Shown here one piece after another: positions 28,952 to 39,091 of a stretch of DNA of 64,000 bases (position 1 is the stretch's first letter; each line of letters opens with the position of its first letter). The notes under the pieces are model-generated. The model made no database searches. It saw only the letters and a list, made by a program, of their open reading frames with translations, and was not told the origin of the DNA. This DNA comes from a virus, in IMG/VR virus record IMGVR_UViG_3300035670_009638, positions 18,502-82,501 of that record. The stretch is one strand, 5' to 3'. The position numbers were made by a program, and so were the translations under genes.

Positions 28952-29566
28952 TTACAAAATATCAATAGCGATCTTCGACCAGTTTTCTAATCTGTCATAG
29001 AATTGCTTCAGCTTTAATTTTTCGATTGAGAAGAATTGTCCTTGAAGTTCTTCAGTTTCACGAACCTGAACATCTGTATCTTCTGGAACTTCAATTGCAA
29101 CTAATACTCCAATATGAACTCGACCAACTTCATCTTCATCATCATTTATAAGTCCAATAGGAGTTACTTTGAAGTTCTTATTATCAATAACTAGTTCTTC
29201 TTCAATTTCTCGTAGAAGGTTTTCATCCAGGACTTTATTAAAATCTTTTTCATCTGGAACTTCATTCATATGGCCACCAACACCTATTGAAAGTTTATTG
29301 TGCAATCTTGTTTCTCCTGCACCTTTCAATCGTTCATAAACAAAAACTTCATTTCCACGTTTTATAACTGCATATGGAATTGGTTGTTTGAAGTTTTCAT
29401 CTTCTTCTGCATTTCCACGTCTCATCACTTCATAAGTGTTGCTGATATTTTTTACGATTTTATTTACTATCTTTTTATCTTGAAAAGTTCCTTGGAATAC
29501 AAGCTTTTCATTTTCAAAGACTTCAGAACGTGGAGCAACAATAATCATTTCATCCATTTTTCCCAT
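28952..29566 (-). CDS. NUDIX-fold hydrolase (YmaB-like)
   Basis: KQPIPY, SIGVGGH, REIEEEL and VGRVHIG. Confidence 0.8.
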   Translation of the reverse strand: MGKMDEMIIVAPRSEVFENEKLVFQGTFQDKKIVNKIVKNISNTYEVMRRGNAEEDENFKQPIPYAVIKRGNEVFVYERLKGAGETRLHNKLSIGVGGHMNEVPDEKDFNKVLDENLLREIEEELVIDNKNFKVTPIGLINDDEDEVGRVHIGVLVAIEVPEDTDVQVRETEELQGQFFSIEKLKLKQFYDRLENWSKIAIDIL

Positions 29567-29568
29567 AT

Positions 29569-29691
29569 TTAAAAACCTCCGATTAATAAGAATTGAAAGA
29601 ATTTATATCCGAAATATGAATAAATAACAGTTGCAGATAATGAAACAAAGAAATGAATAACAAGAATAGTGTTGTATAGTTTGTTACTCAT
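29569..29691 (-). CDS. 40-aa membrane peptide (not in ORF track)
   Basis: MSNKLYNTILVIHFFVSLSATVIYSYFGYKFFQFLLIGGF; RBS GGAG; fills the gap exactly. Confidence 0.5.
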   Translation of the reverse strand: MSNKLYNTILVIHFFVSLSATVIYSYFGYKFFQFLLIGGF

Positions 29692-29698
29692 AAACTGA

Positions 29699-29905
29699 TC
29701 ACTCCGTAACTACCAAGTCGGCAGCTCGATAATATTCAACAACGACAGTAACAATGAAATATTCGATCTCTTTTCTTTGTCGTTTAGCAATTGTATAATC
29801 TTTTAAATTACTTCCATGTTCTTCTTTCATTTGTTGAACCATAGATTCGGCTTCTAAAAGAGTGTCAGCGAAAAAAGTTTCTTTTTTACCCATCAAAGTT
29901 TTCAT
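29699..29905 (-). CDS. Hypothetical protein
   Basis: RBS AATCGGAGG. Confidence 0.65.
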   Translation of the reverse strand: MKTLMGKKETFFADTLLEAESMVQQMKEEHGSNLKDYTIAKRQRKEIEYFIVTVVVEYYRAADLVVTE

Positions 29906-29925
29906 AGTTTATTTACCTCCGATTT

Positions 29926-30291
29926 TTAATATCCATTTTCTTGTCTTTCGTAGTTGACTTTGTTTTTAGCAATATACATGCTGATAATTTCTTCTTCATT
30001 TCTAAAACCAAGAGCTAAACCAACATTTATAGCAAAATGAAGGAAATCAATATATTCTTCTTTAGATAATTTATTTTGGATCTCAAGTTTTTCTGGTCCC
30101 CATTTCAAATACTTTGAAGACCAATCTTTAGCAAACGGTACTTCATGAAGCATTTCATGTAGTTCATCTGTAGCCCATAGCATGTGTTCTTTTATATATT
30201 TAGCTCGTTCTTGCAAGTCCATAGAATCCAAGTCATAACCCATACGTTTTTGAAATTTAAGTTGGGAATCAAGTAAAAATTGAAGTGTCAT
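29926..30291 (-). CDS. All-alpha NTP pyrophosphatase (dimeric dUTPase/dCTPase-like)
   Basis: DELHE, K.W, EEYIDFLHF and Y..KN.VN..RQ..GY; RBS AGGAGG before ATG 30291. Confidence 0.8.
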   Translation of the reverse strand: MTLQFLLDSQLKFQKRMGYDLDSMDLQERAKYIKEHMLWATDELHEMLHEVPFAKDWSSKYLKWGPEKLEIQNKLSKEEYIDFLHFAINVGLALGFRNEEEIISMYIAKNKVNYERQENGY

Positions 30292-30421
30292 AGTAGTTGA
30301 GTTCCTCCTATTCAATAATTTTTTAAATAACTTTTTATTTAACTCACATTGTATTTATATCTGTTTAAATAAAAACGTAAATAATTTATTACATAATTTT
30401 TTAAATAAAAAGTTGGAGATA

Positions 30422-33400
30422 TTACTCCCCAACTTTTTCCATTTGTAAGTAAAGGTTATCTGAGTTATAACCGTTCACTTTCATGCAAGTATGATTAAAT
30501 TGGGTTCCAGTTTTTCTTAATACAAATTCTTCTCCCTTTCTAAATCCTACAAGAACTAAGATTGTTCCTCGTTCGAACCAGCTTGGGTCCAATACCTGCT
30601 TCTCTTTTCCATTCACTCGAACAACTTTCTTGTCATAATGAGCAAATTGTCCCTTAGTGAATCGAACAGTTACAACACCAGAAGGAGTGAGAACATAAAC
30701 CAAAGACTTTCCTTTTGCTTTATCAACAACTGTTCCAGCAATAACATCGATTTTGAATTGAGGAATTTTTCTTCCTCTATAACTCTTGTAACCAGTTACA
30801 ACCGGCTCTTTTGGCAGTTCTTCAAAATCTACTACATTGAAATACTTGTCAATTGGCATATAGTCTAGTTCATGCTTATCAGAATAGAATAAATTTGTTT
30901 CCATCTCCCAGGACTCAACTGCTCCTCTACAGTTCTTTTTCCAGAATTCTTGCATCTTTACTTTATTGAAAAGAGTTGCAGCTTCTGGGGAAGTGACCCA
31001 GTCTTTTAATTTTTCAATTGCTTTTCCATAGAACTTGTTCCAACTCTTCTCATCGATTTTAAGTTGGCCATCAACAAAATCATAATTAACTTGGCTAGAA
31101 TAATTTTTGATAAAGTCTGACTCAATCTCTTTGTTCATTGGAACTTTGTTTCTTCCTTGAATTTTGTGTCTAAATTCATAGATCTCAAGTTCTTTAGCAA
31201 ACTTCTCTTTATCTACTAAATGTGCAATCACAGGGAATTGAACCATTGTGAGCTTTTCTCGTTTTGGTGTTACTAATCTGACATAATCGATCATTAGCTG
31301 TCTTCTATCAGGATTCAACTTATCGAAGCAACCAGATTTGATTAAAGTAACACCTTTTGCATCAGAAATAAGTTTTGTTTTGATGACTCTTTCATAGAAG
31401 TCTACAAAACTTTCATATGGTCTGTTTTGGATAATAGCTTCAATAGCATCAACACCTAAACCAGAGATTGGCTTTAGACCAAACAATATTTTTCCTTCAG
31501 ATTCTAGTGGAGTGAATCCCATATTTGACAAGTTAATATCTGGAGGAAGTATATCACCTTTCATATCTCCAATAGCTTTAGCGATTGCTCCGTAGTTTGT
31601 TCCAGCTGCACTATCACCAAGTAGACCAGCATTTACCGATAAGCATGCAGTCTTCCACCAAACTGGACCAAATCGATAACAAATGTTCATTTCAATCATC
31701 AAAATTAATGTATATCCAGCAATATGAGGAAGAGAGAAAGAATAACCAAACTGAGGCTTTAGTTCTTTTTCCCATACATAATCAAGGAACTCTTTTCTTG
31801 TGCCATTCTTTTCTCCGCCTTCATAGAATAGAATTCTTTGTTCTTCAATTAATTTTTGATTCTGTTTAGCCACAGCTTTACGAAATTTGTTTGCTTGAGT
31901 TAAACTAAATCCAGCAATTTTCGGGTCCATAGAGAGCAACATAAGACCTTCTTGAGTATCACAAATTCCATATCGATCTAATAAGTGTTTCTCAAGTACT
32001 TTAATTTCATCTTGTGTCAATCCATATTCGTTCATTTCTTCATACCATTGGTTAATATCATTTTTAAAACGAACGAATTTATCAAGAGGTTGTTCTCCGT
32101 CTGTTGAAAGTCTCATTAAAGAGTTGCCAGCACACAACTCTTCAAAGTTTCTTGGATTGATTTTAGTTAGAGCTTGAATTCCTACTGCAGTCTCAAATTG
32201 GAAAGCATTTAGAACATGACCTTCGAATAACATATCCCACATTTCTGGCGCTTCCATTTCAAGTACGTCAGGATGGAAATATTTGTTGTAAGTTTCTCGT
32301 AGAGTTCCTTGCCATTCAATTTTTCCATGTTCAAGAAGCAAATCCATTGCAGCTCTAATTCTGTCCAATGCGTTGATTGAAAGATAATCAAGTTTAAGGG
32401 CTCCCATATAAACAGAATCATTCATATCAAATTGAGTAACAGGCAAGCCAGATGTTGTTTTCATCATTGCATTTTGAGCAACATATCCATCTGGGAAGAT
32501 AATAACTCCTGAAGCATGTTGTCCACGTCCTGAAATTAGACCCTCAATTGATAACATTGCTTCTTTTAAACCATCATATTTTTCTACTTCAGCAATAAAA
32601 TCTTTAGCTGGTTTTTTACCTTTGGCTGGGTTTCCATTAAAGCATTCATCTAAATTCCAAATTCCACCTTTTTCAGTAGGAATTAAGTTTGCAATATTAT
32701 GAGCAATATCTTTATCAATTCCTAAGCCACGACAAGCAGTTAAAACTGTTGATCGAGTGCCCTCAGTTGTGAATGTTCCCATGTTTAAAACATTTTCTTC
32801 TCCATAAGCTTCCTTAGTTAAAGAAATTATTTCTGCTCGTTTTGACCCTTCTGAGTCTAAATCAATATCAGGAAGTTCAACACGTTCTTTGGATAAGAAA
32901 CGCCAATGAGGAAGATTGTGTTTTAATGGATTAATTTGAACGATGTCTAAAAGATAATTTAGATAGAAACAGCTTGCAGAACCACGAGAAACACCAACTA
33001 ATGATACTTGCCACATTAGGTCAACTACTTCTTTTGTTAGAACAAAGTAAGATGACATTGGCTGATTAAGTTTTTCAGTGATGTGATATAACTCATTTAA
33101 TTCTGTATCAATACGACTTAAGTTTGTTTCGTTTAACTCTTCATTTTTTGAAATCATTCCTTCAGCAATCAAATGAAGATAGTAACGATCAACTTCATAT
33201 TTCGATTCTGAGTATTTTTTGATATATTCATATTTGTCATAGAACTGTTCAAATAAAGGATTGAGTTCAAATTTTGGAATATGAGCTTTCGGAATTTTAA
33301 CTTCTTGTTCGAATTTTATAGGCTGAATTTTTTTCATGATCAGATGAGTGTTTCTAATCAGTTCATCTAAAAGCTGTTCATCGAAGTATTCAAGCAGTTC

Positions 33401-34213
33401 TTCTCGATTCATTACATAAGTTGTTGCGTAGAAAGCTTCAACTTCTCTTTCACCTTGAGACGATTGCAAATAGATTTTGTGTGCTGTTGCTTGGTCTTTA
33501 TTTAGATAATGAGCATCTGTTGAAACAACACAAGTAACACCATATGCTTGACCAATTTTATAAAGCATTTTGTTAGCAATTTGTTGGTCTCTGTTATGGC
33601 TTGGCTGTAGCTCAAAATACAAGTCATCACCAAAAACACCTTTAAGCCAAACAACAAGATTATGAACATTTCTTTTGTTCTCTTCTGTTGGTTCATCATG
33701 ATATTTAATTAAAAGTTGTGGTACCTCTCCACCAACACAAGCTGTTGTAGCAATGATATGTCCTCGGTATTCTTCCATAAGAGCCATTAATTCATCTTTA
33801 TATGTTGGTACTCGTTCCATTCCTCGATAGAAAAACGAATTATACCAAGCTCGTGATGATAATTTTCTGAGGCCTTCATATCCTTTATCGTCTTTGGCAA
33901 TTAAGATAAAGTGATGGAATGAAACCCTTTCATTAATTTCTCTTTTCTCTTGAACTTCATCTTTATCAACTAGATATATCTCGTTTCCGAATGCAAGGAC
34001 AAACTTTCCAAATCTATCTCTATTACTCTCAACATACTGGTGTGCTTTCACGTGAGAAGACAAAGTCTCATGATCGGTTATTGCGATTCCTGGCAATCCA
34101 AGTTCTAGTGCATAGTCTAATAACTCTTCTGGCTTGTTAATAGCATCTCGTAACCGAAAATTCGACGCGTGCGTGTGGTTATGGACTGAAAAAGGTTGTA
34201 GTAGTTGAGTCAT
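30422..34213 (-). CDS. dnaE: DNA polymerase III alpha subunit
   Basis: PHP domain (HNHT..S, AITDH, TDAHY), SRGSA, PDIDLD, GQHASG, KLDYL and FSLPH; no intein seen. Confidence 0.95.
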   Translation of the reverse strand: MTQLLQPFSVHNHTHASNFRLRDAINKPEELLDYALELGLPGIAITDHETLSSHVKAHQYVESNRDRFGKFVLAFGNEIYLVDKDEVQEKREINERVSFHHFILIAKDDKGYEGLRKLSSRAWYNSFFYRGMERVPTYKDELMALMEEYRGHIIATTACVGGEVPQLLIKYHDEPTEENKRNVHNLVVWLKGVFGDDLYFELQPSHNRDQQIANKMLYKIGQAYGVTCVVSTDAHYLNKDQATAHKIYLQSSQGEREVEAFYATTYVMNREELLEYFDEQLLDELIRNTHLIMKKIQPIKFEQEVKIPKAHIPKFELNPLFEQFYDKYEYIKKYSESKYEVDRYYLHLIAEGMISKNEELNETNLSRIDTELNELYHITEKLNQPMSSYFVLTKEVVDLMWQVSLVGVSRGSASCFYLNYLLDIVQINPLKHNLPHWRFLSKERVELPDIDLDSEGSKRAEIISLTKEAYGEENVLNMGTFTTEGTRSTVLTACRGLGIDKDIAHNIANLIPTEKGGIWNLDECFNGNPAKGKKPAKDFIAEVEKYDGLKEAMLSIEGLISGRGQHASGVIIFPDGYVAQNAMMKTTSGLPVTQFDMNDSVYMGALKLDYLSINALDRIRAAMDLLLEHGKIEWQGTLRETYNKYFHPDVLEMEAPEMWDMLFEGHVLNAFQFETAVGIQALTKINPRNFEELCAGNSLMRLSTDGEQPLDKFVRFKNDINQWYEEMNEYGLTQDEIKVLEKHLLDRYGICDTQEGLMLLSMDPKIAGFSLTQANKFRKAVAKQNQKLIEEQRILFYEGGEKNGTRKEFLDYVWEKELKPQFGYSFSLPHIAGYTLILMIEMNICYRFGPVWWKTACLSVNAGLLGDSAAGTNYGAIAKAIGDMKGDILPPDINLSNMGFTPLESEGKILFGLKPISGLGVDAIEAIIQNRPYESFVDFYERVIKTKLISDAKGVTLIKSGCFDKLNPDRRQLMIDYVRLVTPKREKLTMVQFPVIAHLVDKEKFAKELEIYEFRHKIQGRNKVPMNKEIESDFIKNYSSQVNYDFVDGQLKIDEKSWNKFYGKAIEKLKDWVTSPEAATLFNKVKMQEFWKKNCRGAVESWEMETNLFYSDKHELDYMPIDKYFNVVDFEELPKEPVVTGYKSYRGRKIPQFKIDVIAGTVVDKAKGKSLVYVLTPSGVVTVRFTKGQFAHYDKKVVRVNGKEKQVLDPSWFERGTILVLVGFRKGEEFVLRKTGTQFNHTCMKVNGYNSDNLYLQMEKVGE

Positions 34214-34303
34214 ATTTTTACCTCATTTCTTTTTATTTCTCACATTGTTTTTATATCCGTCCGATTGGAAACGTAAAAAGAAATAGGCAAAAAAAATAGA
34301 GCA

Positions 34304-35095
34304 CTAGGCTCTATAAGAAAACAATTTTCCTTTAAATGGTTTATCATTTGTGGCACTAAACTTAATACCTTGATGACCAATACCAGTCGCCTCAACTGCG
34401 TGCTTAACAGATGGAAATTCATCTATAACTTCTTTTGTGACTGGGTCTAATAATTGAACTACCTTTCTTCTTGGTGAAGGCTTTCCGAACATTCCATTTC
34501 CTTTCCCAGAATTCACTTTTGAAATTCGTTCTTTGGCTTCTTCAGAATGGTTCTTACCAAGGAATGCTAGTTTAGTTTTAGCTCTAGCTTCATCTGATAA
34601 TTTTCTTCCAGTAAGTTTTCTTCTCATCTTTTCTTTTGCTGCTGGAGGCATCGGAACTCCTTTGTTTGCTGGTTGAACCCCAATACGAGCCTTACTCATC
34701 TTTAACCTTGACTGTTTAGAATGAGTCTTACCAAACATTGGAGCGTTCTCTCCTACTCTTATTTCTCTCATTACTTTAGCAAGCTTTTCTCTTGTTTCTT
34801 CTGTGTGATGGTAACCAGTAATCCCTTCTCCACCATCAGTCATATTCGAAAGTTTAAATCCAAATTCATCTTTATATACAGCAATATAGTAAACTTCGTA
34901 TTCAAGAGCTTCTTCCTCAGTAAGACCTTCATGAAGAATAACAACAGCAACATTCTCGAATCCAAGTTTCTTAATTATATTGTTGAAGTACCTGTTTCTG
35001 CAAGGATAGTATGCTCTTCCTCCCTGACCTTTACCAACATAGAAAGGTTCGTTTGTATCTAATCTAATCCATTCATAAACATAAAAATCATTCAT
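34304..35095 (-). mobile_element. Free-standing GIY-YIG homing endonuclease with NUMOD3/NUMOD1 domains
   Basis: YVY...FYVGKG...R, E, N.TDGGEG; repeated H(S/T)EE...K(I/M)S and N.MFGK. Confidence 0.85.
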
Positions 35096-35173
35096 GATTG
35101 AGTCACCTCTTGGAAATAATTGGTATATATTTATTATATAATATAAACATTGAACCGTACATATGTTCTTATA

Positions 35174-35247
35174 ATAACTTTTATAACTTCTATAACGGTT
35201 ATAACTAAAAAAGATAGCCGAAAGGCTATCTTCATAACAGTTATAAC
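35174..35247. repeat. 9-bp-period GTYATRAC-like array
   Basis: ATAAC at 35174, 35183, 35192, 35201 and at 35234, 35243. Confidence 0.55.
35207..35232 (-). terminator. Intrinsic terminator of the ThyX-like operon
   Basis: AAGATAGCC-gaaa-GGCTATCTT with an A run on its left. Confidence 0.65.
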
Positions 35248-35250
35248 CCC

Positions 35251-35706
35251 TTAATCTTCAATCTTTTTCTTTTTTCCTTTGAAAATATGAGGCATGCTAA
35301 CAAAAATATTTATATCAACTTTTGAACCAGGAAGATATTTGTTAACAAAATAATTAAAGAATTGAACATCATCTTCAAGATTCAAAAGGTTAGAAGATCT
35401 TTGGAATGCATTGATTTGCTTAACTTTATTGTTTTCATCAAATATGAAATGAATTGTTGAAATACATTCTTCTGAATGATACATAACTTGTCTTTCTGAA
35501 GTTATCCATCCATGTTCATACTTGAATAACAAATGTCTTAGCTGCATTTCAAGTGAAGTATAATATGGTTCATCAGAAGGTGGAAAATCAGTTTTTGTAA
35601 CTGGATTAATCAAGAGGAATGGCTCAAATAGAACCATATCCTCAGTCTCTTTTGAAACTAATAATTCATCAACAACTGGTAGTTCATATTGAAAACTTGT
35701 GAGCAT
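35251..35706 (-). CDS. Miniature thymidylate-synthase-fold protein (putative pyrimidine C5-modifying enzyme)
   Basis: SERQ, ECISTIHF (catalytic-Cys-like), FQRSSNLLNLEDD and MPHIF; TAATG-coupled to the ThyX-like gene. Confidence 0.6.
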   Translation of the reverse strand: MLTSFQYELPVVDELLVSKETEDMVLFEPFLLINPVTKTDFPPSDEPYYTSLEMQLRHLLFKYEHGWITSERQVMYHSEECISTIHFIFDENNKVKQINAFQRSSNLLNLEDDVQFFNYFVNKYLPGSKVDINIFVSMPHIFKGKKKKIED

Positions 35707-36674
35707 TAAAGATTACCTCCACGAAGTTCTTCCATGTATTTTTTAGATTGAGCAGCAAGTAATTCAAGCTCTTTCTTATACTCAGCAAACATCTTCTGGA
35801 AGATTGTTGGACCTTCTGGAGGATTTGTTCCATTAACTTCCTCACGATATGCTTGATAGATAAAGTCTTTCTCGTTCCATTCGAATTTGTCTGAGTTTTC
35901 TTCAGGGAAGTATAAGTTTGTTGCATGTCCATTACGAGCATTTTTAATGTAATGGAATGATGGCATTTCAAAATCAATAATGTTCAAGTGAGCAATTGGA
36001 TATGCTTTACATACTGCTAACCACATTTGATATGCAATGATGTTATCTGATTTTGGTTGAATTTGTCGGTCAATACGTTGCTTAACAAATCCAAGTAAAT
36101 CTTTAAAGTTACAACTTGCATAATAGAAATTGTCATGGTTTTTATTAAGAATTAATCGAGCATCCATAATTGAAATTTGTTTAGAATCAATCATGTCTTG
36201 ATATAACTTTCTGCATTCATAAGTTAATTGTTTATATCGTTCATAGAATTCTGGAGAGTTTTGAATAGCTTCTGGAACTACTGCTGTATGATGGGTTAAC
36301 CAGCGATCTCCAGTACACTGAGCTGAGAATGAGAAAGTTCGATGGCGAATTAAATGAGTTACGTCCTGAACTGAAATACCTTCAATTCGGAAAGTTAAAC
36401 GAATTGTTTCAAGAATAGAAGGTAAAGTTTTGAAAGTGAAAGCTTTCTCGATATCTTCAACTACTTGTTCCATAGAATATTCTTGTCCAGGCTCATCTGC
36501 CCAAGTTGCATTTACATAACCAGGAAGGTAATTAACAATGTTTTGCCATGGAGTATGATCGACTAGGGTAACATTAATATTCTCTAAGTCATTAACAAAC
36601 TCAAAATCTGGTTCTTCACCGAAACGTAATTCCATTGGTAATTTTACAGGTTCAAGATTGTTATTTTTTGGCAT
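35706..36674 (-). CDS. Divergent ThyX-like flavin-dependent enzyme
   Basis: LE...TFRIEGIS....HLIRHRTFSFSAQC and DARLIL; RBS AATCGGAGG before ATG 36674. Confidence 0.8.
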   Translation of the reverse strand: MPKNNNLEPVKLPMELRFGEEPDFEFVNDLENINVTLVDHTPWQNIVNYLPGYVNATWADEPGQEYSMEQVVEDIEKAFTFKTLPSILETIRLTFRIEGISVQDVTHLIRHRTFSFSAQCTGDRWLTHHTAVVPEAIQNSPEFYERYKQLTYECRKLYQDMIDSKQISIMDARLILNKNHDNFYYASCNFKDLLGFVKQRIDRQIQPKSDNIIAYQMWLAVCKAYPIAHLNIIDFEMPSFHYIKNARNGHATNLYFPEENSDKFEWNEKDFIYQAYREEVNGTNPPEGPTIFQKMFAEYKKELELLAAQSKKYMEELRGGNL

Positions 36675-36788
36675 AATAGAAAACCTCCGATTGATTAAAT
36701 AATTTTTTAAATAAGTTATTAAATAACTCACATTGTATTTATATCTGATCAAATAAAAATGTAAATCATTTTTTAAATAATTTTTTAT

Positions 36789-37388
36789 TTAAAACCAAAT
36801 TGTTGTTTTATCTAGGCTAAATCTTTCGCTGTAGTAAGGCTCCTCTGACTTCTTGCCAATTGGAATAAACATGATGGGAACTAGATTTTCTGGAACATCA
36901 AATGAACCTTCAAATTGTTCTCTGTCAAATCCACCAATAATTCCAGTGTTGTAGCCTTTAGATTCGGCTGCATAAACTAATGTCATTGCTGCCAACGGAG
37001 CATTAACAAAAGCATGTTCTAAAGCATCATAGTAATCTTCATAAGCTTTTTCTACTTGTTTCTTTAATTTCGCCTTAACAAAATCATTCATATAACCTTT
37101 TTCGACCAAAGGATTATAAACTTCGTCAAAATTTAGATCAGCATCAATGTCCGCAAGAACTGCCACAACAGCACTAGAATTAATAATTTGATTTTGATAG
37201 TAGGCAATTGGTAGAAGTTGTTCTTTTGATTCTTTACTTTCAAAAACAAAGAACTTCCAATGTTGTAGGTTCCAAGCCGAAGGAGACTTACCTGATAAAG
37301 TTAAAATCTCCTCCAGATCCTCCCTAGGAATCTTAAAATTTGGGTCGAATGAAGTTGTGTTTTTACGATTCAAAATTATCTCTTTCAT
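36789..37388 (-). CDS. Nitroreductase-family flavoprotein
   Basis: R.....FD, SPSAWNLQHWKF, L.YAA...GY.T..IGGFD and IPIGK. Confidence 0.9.
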   Translation of the reverse strand: MKEIILNRKNTTSFDPNFKIPREDLEEILTLSGKSPSAWNLQHWKFFVFESKESKEQLLPIAYYQNQIINSSAVVAVLADIDADLNFDEVYNPLVEKGYMNDFVKAKLKKQVEKAYEDYYDALEHAFVNAPLAAMTLVYAAESKGYNTGIIGGFDREQFEGSFDVPENLVPIMFIPIGKKSEEPYYSERFSLDKTTIWF

Positions 37389-37837
37389 ATCATCTCATCC
37401 ATTGCTTTATTTGCTAATTCATCTGCTCTCTCATTTCCAGGTTCACCGGAATGGCCTTTGACTTTAGTGAATTGGATAAATGCAAACTTATTAATCAAAT
37501 CAATAAGTTCAATCCACAATTCTCTGTTTTCAACTGGAGTTTTAGCTGATGTAACCCATCCATTATTCATCCATTTGACATACCATTTTTGGTTGATGCA
37601 ATTACATACATAAGCTGAATCAGTTCGTACTTCAACAGGGATATTAAACTTTTTCATAGCTCTGAGGCCTTCAATAGCAGCTTTTAATTCCATTTGATTA
37701 TTAGTTACATTTCTAAAACCTTGATACAATTCTTTGGTGTGTTCTCCGTATTGAAGAACAACACCATAACCTCCAATTGAATTAGTTTTACTATTACCTC
37801 TCGAACCGCCATCAACGTAAATTACAACTCTACTCAT
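37385..37837 (-). CDS. rnhA: Ribonuclease HI
   Basis: YVDGGSRGN, TNNQMEL, TDSAY and KVKGHSG.PGNERAD.LA. Confidence 0.95.
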   Translation of the reverse strand: MSRVVIYVDGGSRGNSKTNSIGGYGVVLQYGEHTKELYQGFRNVTNNQMELKAAIEGLRAMKKFNIPVEVRTDSAYVCNCINQKWYVKWMNNGWVTSAKTPVENRELWIELIDLINKFAFIQFTKVKGHSGEPGNERADELANKAMDEMI

Positions 37838-38865
37838 TAAAGAATTCCTCCTTCAATAAGTTCTTTAACAATTTCTGAAACGTGTTTCTCGGTTGTATCA
37901 ATTTTGATTTTGTTTTTATATGCAGAATTATCAAAGTAAAATTCCATAACTGCTTTATGATAATCAAAATCTAGTATTTCATGGTTTGTTTCAATACATC
38001 TTCTTTCTAATTCTTCTGTCGAGCAATCAATATAAATTGCTAAAACACAATCTGATTTTGCAAGTTGGATTTCCATTTCCTTATAAGTTTCTTTTAGATC
38101 GTCGCTTTTTTCAAAAATATCACAATATGCTTGGAAAGATTCGGGTCCTCTATCCATTGTCATATGTTTATATTTTGTTTGTTTATCAATTTCATTGATT
38201 AATGTATCTTTACCAGCTCGATCTACAGCAGAAATAACAATTATTTTTGGAGAAGACTCAAGAATATATTCCATTCTAATTCCTTCCAAATGTTTATATT
38301 TTGAATAAGGAGTTTTATAAGGTTCTCCAGTTCTTAATAGTTCTTTTACTTTTCCTGAACTTAGTCCAAAATTTTCTTTAAAGTATTTGTAAGCTTCTCC
38401 AACAAAATTAAAGAAAATTTGTTTCCCATCAGGCATTATAAGTTTGCATTTCCTTCTTGATGGAGAGGGTTTGCCATACATTCCATTGTTTTTTCCTAAA
38501 ACTCTTTCTTTCTGTTCATCTGACCATTTATTTCCGTAATTTGGATTATCTTGTCCCTTATACATTTCAGAGAATTCAATTCTTGTTTTCTCTGAAATTC
38601 TTTCTCCTTCTTTTTTATTAAATCTGGCTTCACCTAAATTATGGTATCTTTTTGTAAGTATTTCTTCGTATTTAAAAGCTATCATCTTATCATCAAATTC
38701 TTTTACAATTTCAATATCAACACTTTCTTTAAGGTAAGGTCGTTGGTGCCAATCGCCATATGCTCTACCACCAGAACCTTTACCAACATAAAGAACTTCT
38801 CCAGTTTCTTTATCTTTGTGGATATAAACATAATGTTTAGTAGTAATTGAGATTTGTTTAGTCAT
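37837..38865 (-). CDS. GIY-YIG/NUMOD endonuclease fused in frame to a dNMP (thymidylate-kinase-like) kinase
   Basis: N-terminal YVY...YVGKG..R; C-terminal IIVISAVDRAGKDT P-loop and DR motif; internal RBS GGAAGGA with ATG at 38274. Confidence 0.75.
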   Translation of the reverse strand: MTKQISITTKHYVYIHKDKETGEVLYVGKGSGGRAYGDWHQRPYLKESVDIEIVKEFDDKMIAFKYEEILTKRYHNLGEARFNKKEGERISEKTRIEFSEMYKGQDNPNYGNKWSDEQKERVLGKNNGMYGKPSPSRRKCKLIMPDGKQIFFNFVGEAYKYFKENFGLSSGKVKELLRTGEPYKTPYSKYKHLEGIRMEYILESSPKIIVISAVDRAGKDTLINEIDKQTKYKHMTMDRGPESFQAYCDIFEKSDDLKETYKEMEIQLAKSDCVLAIYIDCSTEELERRCIETNHEILDFDYHKAVMEFYFDNSAYKNKIKIDTTEKHVSEIVKELIEGGIL

Positions 38866-39091
38866 AACTCTTATAACCTCCGATTTATTTATTTCTCATA
38901 ACTTTTATATCTGTTATGACTGAAACGTAAATCGAATAGGTTAATAAAATTTCAATTTTATAATAAAAAATGAGCTCAGTTTTCATCAAACTCACTACGT
39001 TAAGACTATTAAGTTGGTTTATATGTAATAAAATTTGGGCATGATATAATATATCCTAAATAGCAAAAAATAAAGCAGAGACAAACTCTGC

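Noticed and set aside
35155-35169. Possible SOS box CGTACATATGTTCT before the GIY-YIG gene
   Set aside because: Mismatch in the conserved GAAC half-site; it may simply reflect the TGTACG -35 element.
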